From NCBI RefSeq assembly GCF_000143415.4, contig NW_003314314.1, forward strand, positions 749,771 to 813,770: a DNA stretch of 64,000 nucleotides. Reading direction: 5' to 3'. This DNA comes from Selaginella moellendorffii (lineage: Eukaryota > Plantae > Lycopodiophyta). The translations under genes and the position numbers were made by a program. A model generated the notes under the pieces. That model did no database searches. It was not told where the DNA came from and saw only the letters and a list, made by a program, of their open reading frames with translations. This document shows positions 46,474 through 58,299 of this stretch, one piece after another. Positions within the stretch are counted from its first letter, which is position 1; each line of letters begins with the position of its first letter.

Positions 46474-48252
46474 TTATGAATGCAATGCAATTGAGCCTCT
46501 GCCTCCCTCCACGCTCCAGTTACTCCCCAGGTACTCAGCTCGCTCAATCCCTCGCTCAAGTCGCTCAAGCTTGAAGAGTTTCAAGTCTCGGAAGATGCGG
46601 GACGTTCCTGTCAGCATAGGAAAAAGATTCCAGGTTCCACGCTCCCAAGACTTGGTGTCATGTCGAGACGACATGTTAATACGGCTCTTGAGTTCGAGTG
46701 CCAAATCCGCACCAAAGTGCACAGCCAGTCTGCCCCGATCGAGTTTCACGACAGCCCATCTGACAAGGGGAAGCGTCAAGTTGCATGTCACTCCTTTTTG
46801 GACGGTCAACTATCGAAGTGTATGCATAGAGAACCACCAGCGTTGACGATGACGTCCCGGGGTGACAAATCACAACCTTGTCAAACCGTCGAGGATACTT
46901 TCTACAAAACATATGTACACTTTTGGAGAAATTAAAAACCACCAAAAACGTTTTCTCGGAAACTATTTTAGAAAAGAATATCTGTGTGTCGCCCAACACT
47001 ATCTACGATCCGACTGGGACCTCCGCATCCCAGCCAATACTGACTTTGAGTGACCATGTAGAACTCAACACTGTCAGCTCCAAACTTCTGCATCACTTTG
47101 AGTTGGACGAGATGGAAAACCTGTAAAACTGCCACCACCTTTCGTTCTGTGTACATGCTGTCAATGGGATTCTCTAGCGCATCGTATCTGGAATTCTTCA
47201 ACTTCGCCAGGTTGAGCAAGGCATGGTATCTGGACGACCTGAAAGTGGATCAAATGCCGGACACAACCTTTCTTCACAAGCTGAGCCACCCTTGCCCGCA
47301 AACACCTCACAAATCTTGATCTTTCGACGACGGGTCCTATGTCGACCGCCTGAAATGCTCGCTCACCACTCCAGCCTTCAGATCTTCAAAGTCATGTCTC
47401 TGGCACATAATGAAACCTTGGAGCAACTGATGCCCATGCAGTTTTGTGAAGATCAGCCGCCTCTGGCCGTCTTGTAACTGGAGACACTGATGTACTGGAG
47501 GCACTCGTGTAAAACATCCTGTATAGTAGCTCCTCAGTATCACGTCTCCCACCCAATTGGTGATGGACTCCAAGGTTCCAGCGACGGAAGACTTCTCTCG
47601 GATTGCCCGTCTTGAGGCCTCCAGATCTTTGTCAGGGAGGACTTCTTTCTGGAGAGGGCTCAGCTCATTGCTCGACCATACGGAGAGATAGAAAGTCCTG
47701 CGTTTCGTGTCCTTTTGGTAGTCCTTGTAGTTTTCTCTCGTTGGGCTGCTTACCAAGAGTGCCTTGCTGATGAAAAGAGGGATGTTTTTCAGCTCCATGT
47801 CCACCAAGAAACATATATCCGAATCTACCTCAAGTTCCACTTCCACATACGTCCTGATAGTCTTGCAAGACTCGGTATCTTCCATTACCATCCGGCAGGA
47901 AGTAATAGAGAGATCCCCCTCTGGCCAGCAGCAGTACCTTCTGCTTTTCCTTGAGCAGCAGCGCCAGAACGTAGAGGAGGAAACCAGGTTCCCAAGCACC
48001 AAAGCAGCCTGTCTTCCCTCACACTGGAAAAGGCTCCACCTTGAGCTTCCACACGTCCCTGAAGCATTCTTGCTCGATGATCTTTGAGTCTTCCGAATCC
48101 CAAATGGACTCAGTCGTTGGATTGTCATCCAAGTCAAGCATCGGCAGTACCTTGGAGTCCCACGCGTTCAACAAGATGCAGCACAATTGATCATCCGTTT
48201 CTTTCTGCGGAAGTGGAGATCGAACTCTGGGGTTAGAAGGAGACGACCACAA
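46474..48252 (-). pseudogene. Frameshifted Crinkler/RHS-like P-loop NTPase with possible restriction-endonuclease-fold C-terminus
   Basis: Across frames: IIEQECFRDVWKL; AALVLGN/PG-[xGKS missing]-FLLYVLALLLKEKQKVLL; ICFLVD; LLVSSPTRENYKDYQK; FYLSVWSSNEL; later NPIDSMY...LVQLKV. Motif order matches CRN/RHS NTPases as recalled. Confidence 0.55.
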
Positions 48253-48393
48253 TTCCTAACATGAAGGTTTACATAAACTGAAGGTTTCATATTCAAATAT
48301 GGTTGAATTCTTTTTATTTGCAAAATAAATATAAAAAATAAATGAAAAATTATAATAGCTTAGGAATAACAAAACATTTTTGTTTTGGTAATT

Positions 48394-49350
48394 TTATAAC
48401 ACTCTTTTCATCTGCTCTATGAATTCTTTAGCAATGAGAGTGTATGTGTGCTCTGTGGGATGTATCATATCCCAAAAGACATAATCACTTGGATTCTTGC
48501 ACAGACCGCTCAATGTATTTTCATGTGAGAGGCAATTAGGGCAACAACCTCCTGCGTTCTTGAATCCAAATTGGATTGGGTTCTCCACAAAAGATTTAAT
48601 TGGTGAGTAACCATCTATGAATGCACTTCTCATCCCTGGTAATCTTTCTGCTGCCCTTAGAACAATCCCCCGAGCCTGTGTGTTGAATTGCTCTACCAAA
48701 TTATTGATTTCACTCACGCAATTTCCTCCTGAAGTAACAATAGGTGAGCATCCTAGCGGCCCAACGCTTGAATAGATGATCTTCCTAAAACCATACTCGT
48801 AAAGTTGTTGCAAACCTTTCTCTAATGACATTAACATCCCTTCCAAGTCCACATCCATAATGTTTTGAAGATTTGCTGCGATATCATTTCCACCAGAAGA
48901 GATCACAACAACAAAGTCATTGAGATTCTTCTTGGAGATCTTCATGGAGAATTCCCTGAGTTGTTTTAGCTGCTCACTAAATGGCACGACACCCCAGTCC
49001 GAATAAGTCGAGTCGAGTAATCCACTACCATCAGATGTAAAGTTGATACTAGGAAAAACTTGGCTCTCAGCTTTCAAACCCAGGAATGGCCTGGAAAAGG
49101 GCAAACCCAGGGCCTTGTTTATCAGATCTGGGATGATGAATCCATCACTACACCTCCCAGATGGTTTGGCATACTGTGTTTCCCCATATGGAACAAAGTC
49201 ACAACGCGAAACTGAGTTTTTCACGTATTTGTTAGTTCCTACATCAAAGATTGAATCTCCCATATAAATGGTCCTAAGCTGAGGAATTGACCTTCCAAAC
49301 ACACACGCGCAGAGAGCCAAGATTGCAAGCACGAACACTAAAATCCTCAT
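48394..49350 (-). CDS. Secreted GDSL esterase/lipase, intronless
   Basis: Signal peptide; GDSIFDVGTN (block I), PSGRCSDG, GGND (block III), FWDMIHPTE (block V); TATA-like element near 49376-49382. Confidence 0.9.
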   Translation of the reverse strand: MRILVFVLAILALCACVFGRSIPQLRTIYMGDSIFDVGTNKYVKNSVSRCDFVPYGETQYAKPSGRCSDGFIIPDLINKALGLPFSRPFLGLKAESQVFPSINFTSDGSGLLDSTYSDWGVVPFSEQLKQLREFSMKISKKNLNDFVVVISSGGNDIAANLQNIMDVDLEGMLMSLEKGLQQLYEYGFRKIIYSSVGPLGCSPIVTSGGNCVSEINNLVEQFNTQARGIVLRAAERLPGMRSAFIDGYSPIKSFVENPIQFGFKNAGGCCPNCLSHENTLSGLCKNPSDYVFWDMIHPTEHTYTLIAKEFIEQMKRVL

Positions 49351-49542
49351 CTCCCCAAAAACCTTTGTTGCAAGTTTATATAGAAGAGGCAAAAGGAAAA
49401 GGTTACTGCTAACTAAACTCGAAAACCTAAATTTTAAATGGTAAAGATAAAGATTCTATCTTTTTTTTTTTATCTAATTGAGCTCCAGAAGGATGTTAAT
49501 GATGATCATTTGAACTCCACAAAGGTCCATTCTTAGGAATTG

Positions 49543-51854
49543 TTACGCTGTAGTTTCTCTTAATCTCGCGGCACACCTCATTTCGAGTTCCTTCATCATC
49601 TCCCATCTCTCCCTCGTCAAGCTTCGTTCGCCATAGCTCAAGGATAACAGGCGAGCCATTGTTAACCATCTACGCACAAAGAGAAACAAGGATTTTGTTA
49701 CTCTCGACTCGGAGTAAGGAGAGCTATACCTGTGAAACGTTTCAGATCCTACAGTTCTATCCTTCTGGCGTGCGGCCACAAGATCTTCCTCCAGAATCTG
49801 GCAGCCAACAGTTAGAACTCGGGAAGGAGAAAGACACTGGAGAAAAGAATACCTTCTGCATTGAAGGCTCGATAACGTGGTCGGCCTCCCGCGCACTGCT
49901 CAAATAAATACGCCATTTCGACAAGTCCGATGCTTCTGCATGGATACGTGCCGCTTCCGCGCTGCACCTTAAAGGTACGAGCGCATCAGCTGGTAAAATC
50001 CTCGATTTGCCGCAAGAAACCACCAACACGGGCAAATCTGTCGGCATTTCCATCTGATAATACTGGAAATCGTAGTCGACCTTTTGAAACGAACGAAAAC
50101 ATCAGCATACCACGTAAGAGATGAGCAAGACAAGACTTACTTTCTGAGACTCCATGACGCTCTTCAAGCTCTGCAAATTCTTGACACCGGTTTCGTTCAG
50201 CCTTCCTGTGTTCAAAGCAGTCTCGTCTAACGTAAGATGCGTGCCGCTTGCTAGTTGTAAACCACCGGTAACCAATCTATACATGAAACTATAGCAAGTG
50301 AGACCGGAATGAAAAGAGAAAACAAAAGAAGCGTACCGATTGGTGGCATAATCTTTTCGTGGAGCGATCAGACAGGAGTTCAAGTCCTGGAGTGACAGCG
50401 GCACCACTTGTGAACAGGGACGAAGTACTGATATCGCGTGCCCGACTGCAGAGGTAACGAGTGATACGGAACCATCGGCACCAGCTTGACACCCGCTAAA
50501 GTTGAGAGAAAACTTCCCAACAGCCAAGGGCTCTACACGGCTATAAACCTGAGCATCACAGTCAGAATAACACCAAGAAAAACACCTTAAATTGTGCATA
50601 CCTTTGACAGAAGATGCAAGAGTAAATATTCTGCGGCGAGTCTGTCCTCACCGAGAACAGATTGTAATTTACAAAGAAGAGATTCCCTCACGGAGCATAT
50701 ATCCGCCAAAGCACCCGGCTGACTAGGAATACTGTAAGCTGAAAGTTTTCTCATGGTAATACAGTGAAGTCGAGGAACCTTGAGATATCAAAGTCAGAGA
50801 GGTAATGGAAATGAGCTTCTTACCGTGCTGGACGGTAACTGCAAGGAGGTGTCATCTTTCATCAAGGATTCAGCAAAAGCTGATGAATCAGAAGTCGAGC
50901 TAGAAACCAGTTCCGATTCTTTCCATACGATACCAACAAACTCTGCGATGTCATTCAACTTCAAGTCCCCATCATTTCCATCGTAAATCTGGCAGAAAAA
51001 AGGCAGTGGTTAAGTCTCAGAAAAAAGAAAACGGAATTCTCGACCTTGACGAGGCACGAGTTCTGCTCTTTCGTTGGAGAGTCACAGTCCATGCTCTGCA
51101 AAAAGAAAAATATGATAAGAATATCCATTTAAACGCATAAAAAACTTTCTCACGTTTGCGCTTCAAGCTCTGGCTAGTTGCATCCGGTTGTACAGCATTT
51201 GAATGCCATCTATTTTTCATCCATTGATTTTCACCAGGGATCTACAAACACTCAAAGAAAAGTTGAAAGCCCTGAGAAAGTGAAAACTTACTGGAACGCA
51301 ATAAACAGCCGTCGATCCCAGATTTGCTGCTCGGTATCTTGCGGAACTGGGCTGTCGGTGTACTTGTTTGTTTGCCAAGTATTGCAATCCTGTAACATAA
51401 ATCACGATAGAGGACCTTGAAAAATAAAAAACTCAAGAGAAAGAGCATTACCTTGTAAGCGCCAACATAGTATTCCACATCGAACATATCTTGGATCTGT
51501 AAGAAACATAGATAAAAAGTTTGCAAACAATTTTTTTCGGAAAAATGTACCATTCCCCGGAAGCGAACCAGCGAGCCAGAAGGAATAGAATCACGAGCCA
51601 AATCGCCAATGTGAGGAACCTAGCAGCGGCATTCAATTCCAGCCCGGCTAAGAAGTAAAAAGAAGAAAGCAAACCTGAGCAATGGCGCCTTCTTCGTACA
51701 AGAACTTGTCGAAGACTCCCTTGACGCCCCAGTCGCCCCCCGAGAGCTCCAAAGTTGCGGCTGGAGCAGGAGAAGCGGCCATGGCTGCAATGGAGAAGAC
51801 GCCTCGCACGGCGCCCAGTGGATTCCGCAGCAAATCCACCGCCGGCGCGACCAT
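49543..51854 (-). CDS. ETG1: Mini-chromosome maintenance complex-binding protein (MCM-BP), multi-exon
   Basis: DLLRNPLGAVR, GSLVRFRGM-IQDM..EYYVGAY, AAEYLLLHLLS, PRKDYATNRLVTGGLQLASGTHLTLDET, DLPVLVVSCGKSRILPAD, WLTMARLLSLSYGE. Confidence 0.92.
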
Positions 51855-51878
51855 CGCTCCCGCCCTTAGGTTAAGAAA

Positions 51879-51887
51879 TTTCCCGCC
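51879..51887. promoter_or_regulatory. E2F binding site just upstream of the MCM-BP start codon
   Basis: TTTCCCGCC 24 nt upstream of the ATG; ETG1 is a known E2F target in Arabidopsis. Confidence 0.65.
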
Positions 51888-52245
51888 ATAGGTTATGAAA
51901 TGAATATGAGTAGAATATACCAAAAGACTTTTAGGTGCCACGTTGTAGCGGTCAAACAGTCCATTCATGGACACTAGCAAAGAAACCAGAGAAACCAAGA
52001 GAGATCCACCTCTGAACTACTAGAACACACAACAGAACACCCCGTGCGCTCACCTCCAGCGCCCACACTTCTCTCTTTCCATCCTGCCTCTCGAACCAAG
52101 AACCCTCGCTCGCCCACTTGCCACGTCAGCACTCGGTTAGGGCTCGACCAAACTAGACACCGTTATCACCAGTGTCACCTTAGCCCGTTACAACGTCAAT
52201 GCATATTCTACCATTTTATATACGAATAAAGATCAAATTGCTACG

Positions 52246-53792
52246 CTATTCAGTCAACTGGAGAGTGGTGTACGCACTTTCGTGGAGCCTGGGAGTGATC
52301 CTGGCTTTGAGAGTGTGTGCCATGAAGTTTACAATACCCATAGCTTCACCCATGGGCTGATCTTTCGGACTGCCAGGAAACTCCCACTCGAATCCATGAA
52401 GAAGATTGGAAAGAACAAGCTGGACGTTCCTAAGACCCAGAGCAAGCCCTGGGCAAGACCGCTTTCCAGATCCGAATGGAAGTAGCTCAAAGTCTTGGCC
52501 GCTGACACCGATGTTGCTGCCAATGAATCTCTGAGGTTGGAACTCCAGAGGATCACTCCAGACTTGAGGGTCTCTTCCAATTGCGTAGACGTTCACAAGC
52601 AGCGTTGCGTTCTTGGGGATGTCATATCCAGCAACTTTCTGGGCCTCAATGGATGCGTGTGGTACGAGCAAAGCAATGGGAGGGTGGAGACGAAAGCTTT
52701 CCTTGATGATGGCATTCAAAACCTCGAGCTTGGATATGTCTCCCTCTTCGACCATGCGTGTGCGTCCAACAACACTCTCAATCTCTTGCTGAGCTTTGAC
52801 CATCCAATCTGGGTGGTGAAGAAGTTCTGCCAGAGCCCACTCTGTCACGGTGGATGATGTTTCAGATCCACCAAGCAGTAGATCCTATCAAGATCACAGA
52901 ACAATCAAGTAAGTTCCACACAGAAAATCATGGATTCGTAAATTACCATGAGTAGAGCTCTGAGATTGCCTGCATCGTTTCCAATGTGAGACCTTGTGAT
53001 CTCCACGAAATCGGGAACCTCACCAGGGCGCTGCTCGTCCAAAACCTTTTGCAAGAAGCCATTCATCTTATCCCCGGCCACCTTTGCACGGCGGGCAACC
53101 AAGTCGAGCCAGCTCAAGTAGGGGAAATAGTCAGTGATCGAGAAAGCCGCTCCCACCTCGAGGATCTCATCAATCATCGCTATGAAATTCGAGGCCTCCT
53201 TCGCAATAGCGGGATCGCCTGAGGCCTTGGATCCAAAGTACGTCTTCTTCATCAGAATGCGAGTCATGACGTTGAAGCTGAGCGCCCTCAAGTGTGGTCT
53301 CACTCCCACAACTTGGCCAGCCTTAGAAGCTCTCAAGAGCTCACCACTGAGCTCCCACAGCTCGTCCCGGATGATCTGCGTGTTCATACTCACCCTCTTG
53401 GCCGTGAATATCTCCGTGGCACAGAGCTTCCTCAGCTTCTTCCAGTAGTCTCCATATGGCGAGAAAGACATGCTCCGGCAATCCATGACTATGGAGACCG
53501 CGTTGTTCCGAGGCCTATAGGCGAATTCCGTGTCGTGGTTCTTGAGAAACTCCTTGGCCATTTCTGGACTGGAGACCACGAACACAGGGACTGATCCCAG
53601 GCGCAAGTGAAAGAGGGGTCCATATCTCTTGGAGAGCTGCTGGAGTGAGATGTGTGGGAGCCTGCCCAGGAGATGGAAGTGGCCGATGAGTGGCAATCCT
53701 CTTGGGCCTGGCGGAAGATTGAAAGATTTGCTGGAGAGCCAGTGCTTGAGAATGAAAGCTGTGATGAGGAAGAGCGCGACTGCCCAAAGCAT
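52246..53792 (-). CDS. Cytochrome P450, CYP71 clan (A-type); exons 53792-52947 and 52884-52246
   Basis: PPGPRGLPLIGH hinge, WKKLRK, the single conserved phase-0 intron at LLM|DLL, I-helix GGSETS, ESFR (ExxR), PQRF, heme motif FGSGKRSCPG. Confidence 0.93.
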
Positions 53793-53959
53793 TGTTACTT
53801 TCTGCTCCTCAATTGTTGAAGCCCTGCTGTTGTATACCGCCAGCAAGGAATCTTTGTAAATTTCTTTTCCAATGTTAAATAGCGAGTAGCGACAATGTAA
53901 GAGTCAAAATTCGTATAGAAAACGTGATCGAATCTTTGACTTTTTAAACCACTCGTAAA

Positions 53960-54897
53960 TTGCGACTATTCGGCTTTGACCATGTTCAGCTCATCTGATC
54001 CGCAGCAAAGCCTTTGGGGAATTTCCAGCCTTTGTCCCCGCTGCTGCTTGGTCTTGCTTCCAGCGTCACCTTCGTCCTTCAGAATCGCCAGTGGTGAGAA
54101 GTCTTCGAGCTCCGCAGCCTTTTGCTTGGCAAGTGTGACGACACATTCTGGAAATCGAGCAAATTCTGTAACATGTATGCCGAAGCTCTGGTCGAAAGGG
54201 CCATCTTCAACTTGGGAAAGAACTCATGGACCAGATCTCGAATTAGAAAGGAAGAAACACAAGTACCTTGTAAACCATTGTGACCTTTTGGGAACTAGGA
54301 TCTATGTGTGCGCTCAAATGAAAGTTGGAGATTCCTATAGGAGGACCTTTGCTGCGACCATGAGCTAATGGACCTTGACGATGAGAAATGGACAGAGCTT
54401 GTGGAAGTGCATTGCAAATAGAGTTGGTGCTCTAGTCACATCCACTATGTACTCACAGATAGCCCAAGCCAGACCTGCCATTGTTTAAAGAGCGTTACAG
54501 AGCACTAGAAAACCTTGCAGTTAGCAAATGCGAACCAAATCCATTATAAGTCAAGGGTTTACCTGGCAGTCACCTGCTCCAACCCAGGTGAAGATGCTGA
54601 GCCAATTGAGCCATCAAGATATTCACACCAATCTAAATAAAATAAACTATATCAGAGTAAGAAGCAAGAAACACTCAATCTCACCTGATGGATATATGTT
54701 GATTTGCCTCCCATATTTAGCCTAGTGATGATTTGAATCCAGCTCCCTTGAATCTGCATTATAAAGAAATAATTAGAACATATAGACATGGAGGAGGTCT
54801 AAGCATAAATACCAGATGACAATCATTTGGAATGAACTTCATGTCATCTTGAGCTTCTATGCAAGGATGCCTACTTCCCTCTAAGATAATTTTGCCC
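53960..54897 (-). pseudogene. MSH2: MSH2 pseudogene, 3' (ATPase-domain) fragment with introns
   Basis: [23 protein letters not shown]; WIQIITRLNMGGKSTYIHQ (TGPNMGGKS degenerate); SIFTWVGAGDCQ; GLAWAICEYIV..APTLFAMHFHKL; [34 protein letters not shown]; the Walker B segment is missing. Confidence 0.88.
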
Positions 54898-54967
54898 TTT
54901 AAAAGATGTTTTTAGCCTCTTTCTCTATCCCGACAAGAAGTTTCAGAAAGTTAGCTCTCACTATTCT

Positions 54968-55128
54968 TATAACACATTTTATCTTTATTCCCTTAAGTTA
55001 ATTGGAAAAGGGCAATTATTTGATGAAAGAGCTTTTAATGGTTATTTTATTCTTATTTATCTCCTAAGGTTCCAAAGATCTATGGTGATAGTATATCTAA
55101 ATATCATCCTATGATCACATGTACTACA
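54968..55128 (-). mobile_element. Degenerate copy of the 162-bp LTR, inverted relative to 60926-61087
   Basis: Aligns along its length to the reverse complement of 60926-61087, mostly with transitions; purine-rich tract TTGGATGGAAT precedes it on the minus strand. Confidence 0.75.
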
Positions 55129-55129
55129 A

Positions 55130-57612
55130 TTCCATCCAATTAATCAAAACTTTTTTTTTAGTTACTTTATAGTTATATATTTTATAACTTATAGCTGATG
55201 CTTCCACACCTCCATCATTATTTGGACAAAACACACAAATTTTATACCTTCCAACTTAAGTTATGTTAATTCCATTTCATTTGGTGAAAGGTTCTAATAA
55301 ATAAGCTAATTTAACCTCAAGGCATCTTCCTTTGAGATATTTAATGTGTCTACACCATTAGTTTTATAAGCTTGCTTTTACAATATATTTCACTTGTATT
55401 TATGTCTTTTATCAAGATTATATTTATCATTTCTTATATTAATTATTAGTTGATACTTCACCATCATTTTTACACGTATCTCTTCACAAAAGTTATTCTC
55501 TTTTGTAAACACTTTTTCATGACTTTAATATAGCACCTTTTGCTATCAATACAATACTCACTGATCTCATACTTAAATTTTATATTCCTCCCAATGCATG
55601 ATTGTGCATAATACACTTCACTCTCAATATGTTTCTTTCAAGCCTTTAGAGTTATCCCTTGACTTCACTAAGCCATTTAACTTTTGGATTGTGCAAGTGT
55701 GATGACTTATAAGATTTTAGTCTTATGGTTACCTTGAGGTGCCACTATACTTGAATGCAACATTTTGTATTATATTCTATTTAGAAAGACCATTCTTGCA
55801 AGTGTTACTCTGTTAATTATCCTTTATTCCATATGGACTACCTTTGCTCTTTAAAACTATCTTTCCATGTCATGAAAATGTTAACTCATCCTTTAAGTAC
55901 ACCTCAATCTTTGTATTGTTCCAGCATTTATTAAAGGTAGCTCTAGCTACCATTTCAAGAATATATATCTTTGTCCATATTTAACTTTCCATGGACATTA
56001 ACTTTAATTTCAAACTATTGAGCACCATCCTTAACTATATAAGGATAATTTTATAATTCCTTCATTGTCTAGGAATTTTTATCATTCTCATGATCCCAAT
56101 TGTAGTTTACCACAACCACATCAATCAATTTCCTAAGTTAAATGCTTATATAGATCACATCATTAACTTTCTAAGAAAAACTTTTTACTATTTGTAAGAT
56201 CTTAAAGTCATTCCCTTATAAGCCCTTTCTTTATCCACAACATTGCTTACATGTTCACATATGAATTAAAATTGAGAACTATGCCCTCTTAATATATTAC
56301 TCTTTGAGGATAGACCCACTCTTAGGACCTTCTGATATCAATATCAAATGGTGATATATTTGACCACTAATAAAAGTTAGCTCTAATACCAAGTTATAAA
56401 CAATAAATTTTTTTATTTTACTTTAGTCTTAATCATACCATCACTAGCGTGTAGTAGAGAGGATACATGATGCTACTTTGTGACGAACTAATTGTGCTAC
56501 GACAATGCTGCTACGAGCTCTGGGAATGCAGTGGTGGAAGTGGCTTGCACTGCTGTACAGCCAAGGCTGAGAGGAGGTATTGTCCATAGCAGTTGAGTGG
56601 CCTGTAGTAGTGACAAGACTAGTAGAGAGCTCCCACTTCTGGGAGTGTCAAGAAGGGCGAGGAAGAGCCATGTAGATCATGAAAGTGGCTAAGAGCAGAA
56701 GAACCATTATTGCCATTGCCCTTAACCACTTAGAAGAGTGTCACTCACAATTTTTATAAGTTTTCATTTGCCTTTGGGTATTTGTTATCCTTTAGATGTG
56801 ATCTCAAAATTACATCAACTTTGCATTTAATCAAAATGCTTTACATGCCTAATCCCACTTCAAACACCTAAATGTATCATTAACATCTCTATTTATTATA
56901 CTAATGATATTTTTATTTTTGTCTTTGTCTCCTTAGTATTCCAAGACCACTTGCAGTATGGTCTCATCTCTCCAAGATTAGGTTATCTGTCTATGAGTGG
57001 TCATCCTATACCTATACCTTAACATTCTTAAGATGTCCCAAGATATAAAAAACACCATTCCTCAATATCCCTTTTTCAATCCCCACAAAGTTTTTCTTTG
57101 TCTATAATAATACTTATCAACACCATTATTGGCCTAAGGTCCAAAGGCCCATCTATTAAATTTCATTAATCTTTAGGACTTCTTCACTATGTAACTATAC
57201 CTTTGGTCACTAAGAGGACCATTTTTTTTTTCTTTTTAGGATTTTGAAATAACATTTCAATACACTATAGCTTAATGTGAGCATTATAGATACTCCCTCC
57301 ATTTTTTACCACTAGAGTGCCCTAACCACGTGGCTAGAACAAGGTTTTGATAAGCCACACAAAGTATTCAAGTAGATAGTGCCACCCATACTTAAATAGA
57401 AAGTATTAGCCATTTGATCTTTTGGGAGAGCTAGAGCTAGCTCTTTAACACTTCATTAAATTTACAGATGGACTTTATTATGTCCATCTGTGTTCATGTA
57501 AGCAATAAAAGAGAATAACTTAAGAAACAATCCATAAATGTTCAAATATAGAAGAAAAGATATATATAATACCAATATATCTAAATCTTATCCTATGATC
57601 ATAGGCACTATA
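55130..57612 (-). mobile_element. Decayed LTR-retroelement sequence; degenerate tRNA-Met PBS at 56380-56391 and partial LTR near 57575-57612
   Basis: Minus-strand TGGTATTAGAGC; atatatctaaatcttatcctatgatcataggcactata matches the LTR end, with a PPT-like GAAGGGGAGATGAG beside it; no ORFs; AT-rich. Confidence 0.55.
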
Positions 57613-57773
57613 CTCATCTCCCCTTCAAAGATGTTAATGTCTTCATTGAATTTTGACATAGTCTCAAGGTGAATACCTTTATCTGTGGATATTTGTAAAA
57701 AACTAACTCCCCGAGGTGTTGTAGGCTAAAGGATCCTGAAAATCACGACCAAAATTATAAAGAGTTCATTAAA

Positions 57774-57918
57774 TGAGATTGACTCTGAGATTGACTTTAA
57801 GACCAACTTTGAGACCAAGTTAAAGACTGAGTTTAAAGCTGAGTTCAAGATCTGAGATTGGGTCCAAGACTAAGTCTAAGACCAAGTCCAAGGTCAAGTC
57901 TAAGACTAAATCTAAATA
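57774..57918. repeat. Degenerate tandem repeat of about 12 bp (gagaccaagtcc-like)
   Basis: gagattgactct/aagaccaacttt/gagaccaagtta/aagactgagttt/aagactaagtct/aagaccaagtcc and similar units. Confidence 0.7.
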
Positions 57919-58299
57919 TTAATACAGGTTGTGGGGTGAAAACCCCAAGTGAACATCTCCTAGGGTGGGGGGTTGTAAAAGGTTCTAAAAGTATAGTATA
58001 GTAAAAATAATGAAGTTCAAGACCTAGTTTTGAAGGAACTCTCTAATGGTGCTTCTAAATTGAGTTAAAGCTAAATGAATTGGTTTAATTGGTTTATGGT
58101 CGCATTACATGAATAAAGTAGGAACTTGGTGGTATTGATGAATACCCAAGGAGAATGATTTAGGGTGGAGGCCTAAAATCTAAAAATAAGGCAATGTAAG
58201 GCTAAAGACTTTTGTTTGAACTTAGTGTCCACAAAAGAATAACTTACTAATGGAATTAAGTTAGTATTTTGTGTTTACTCTTAGTGGGGAGTGACAAAA

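Noticed and set aside
47286-47318. Minus-strand peptide KIKICEVFAGKGG resembling C5-DNA-methyltransferase motif I
   Set aside because: No PC or ENV motifs follow; it is short and lies in a frameshifted pseudogene whose other motifs point to an NTPase, so it is probably chance
57774-57918. Short periodic repeat as a CRISPR-like array
   Set aside because: There are no unique spacers, the context is eukaryotic TE debris, and it is a simple degenerate minisatellite
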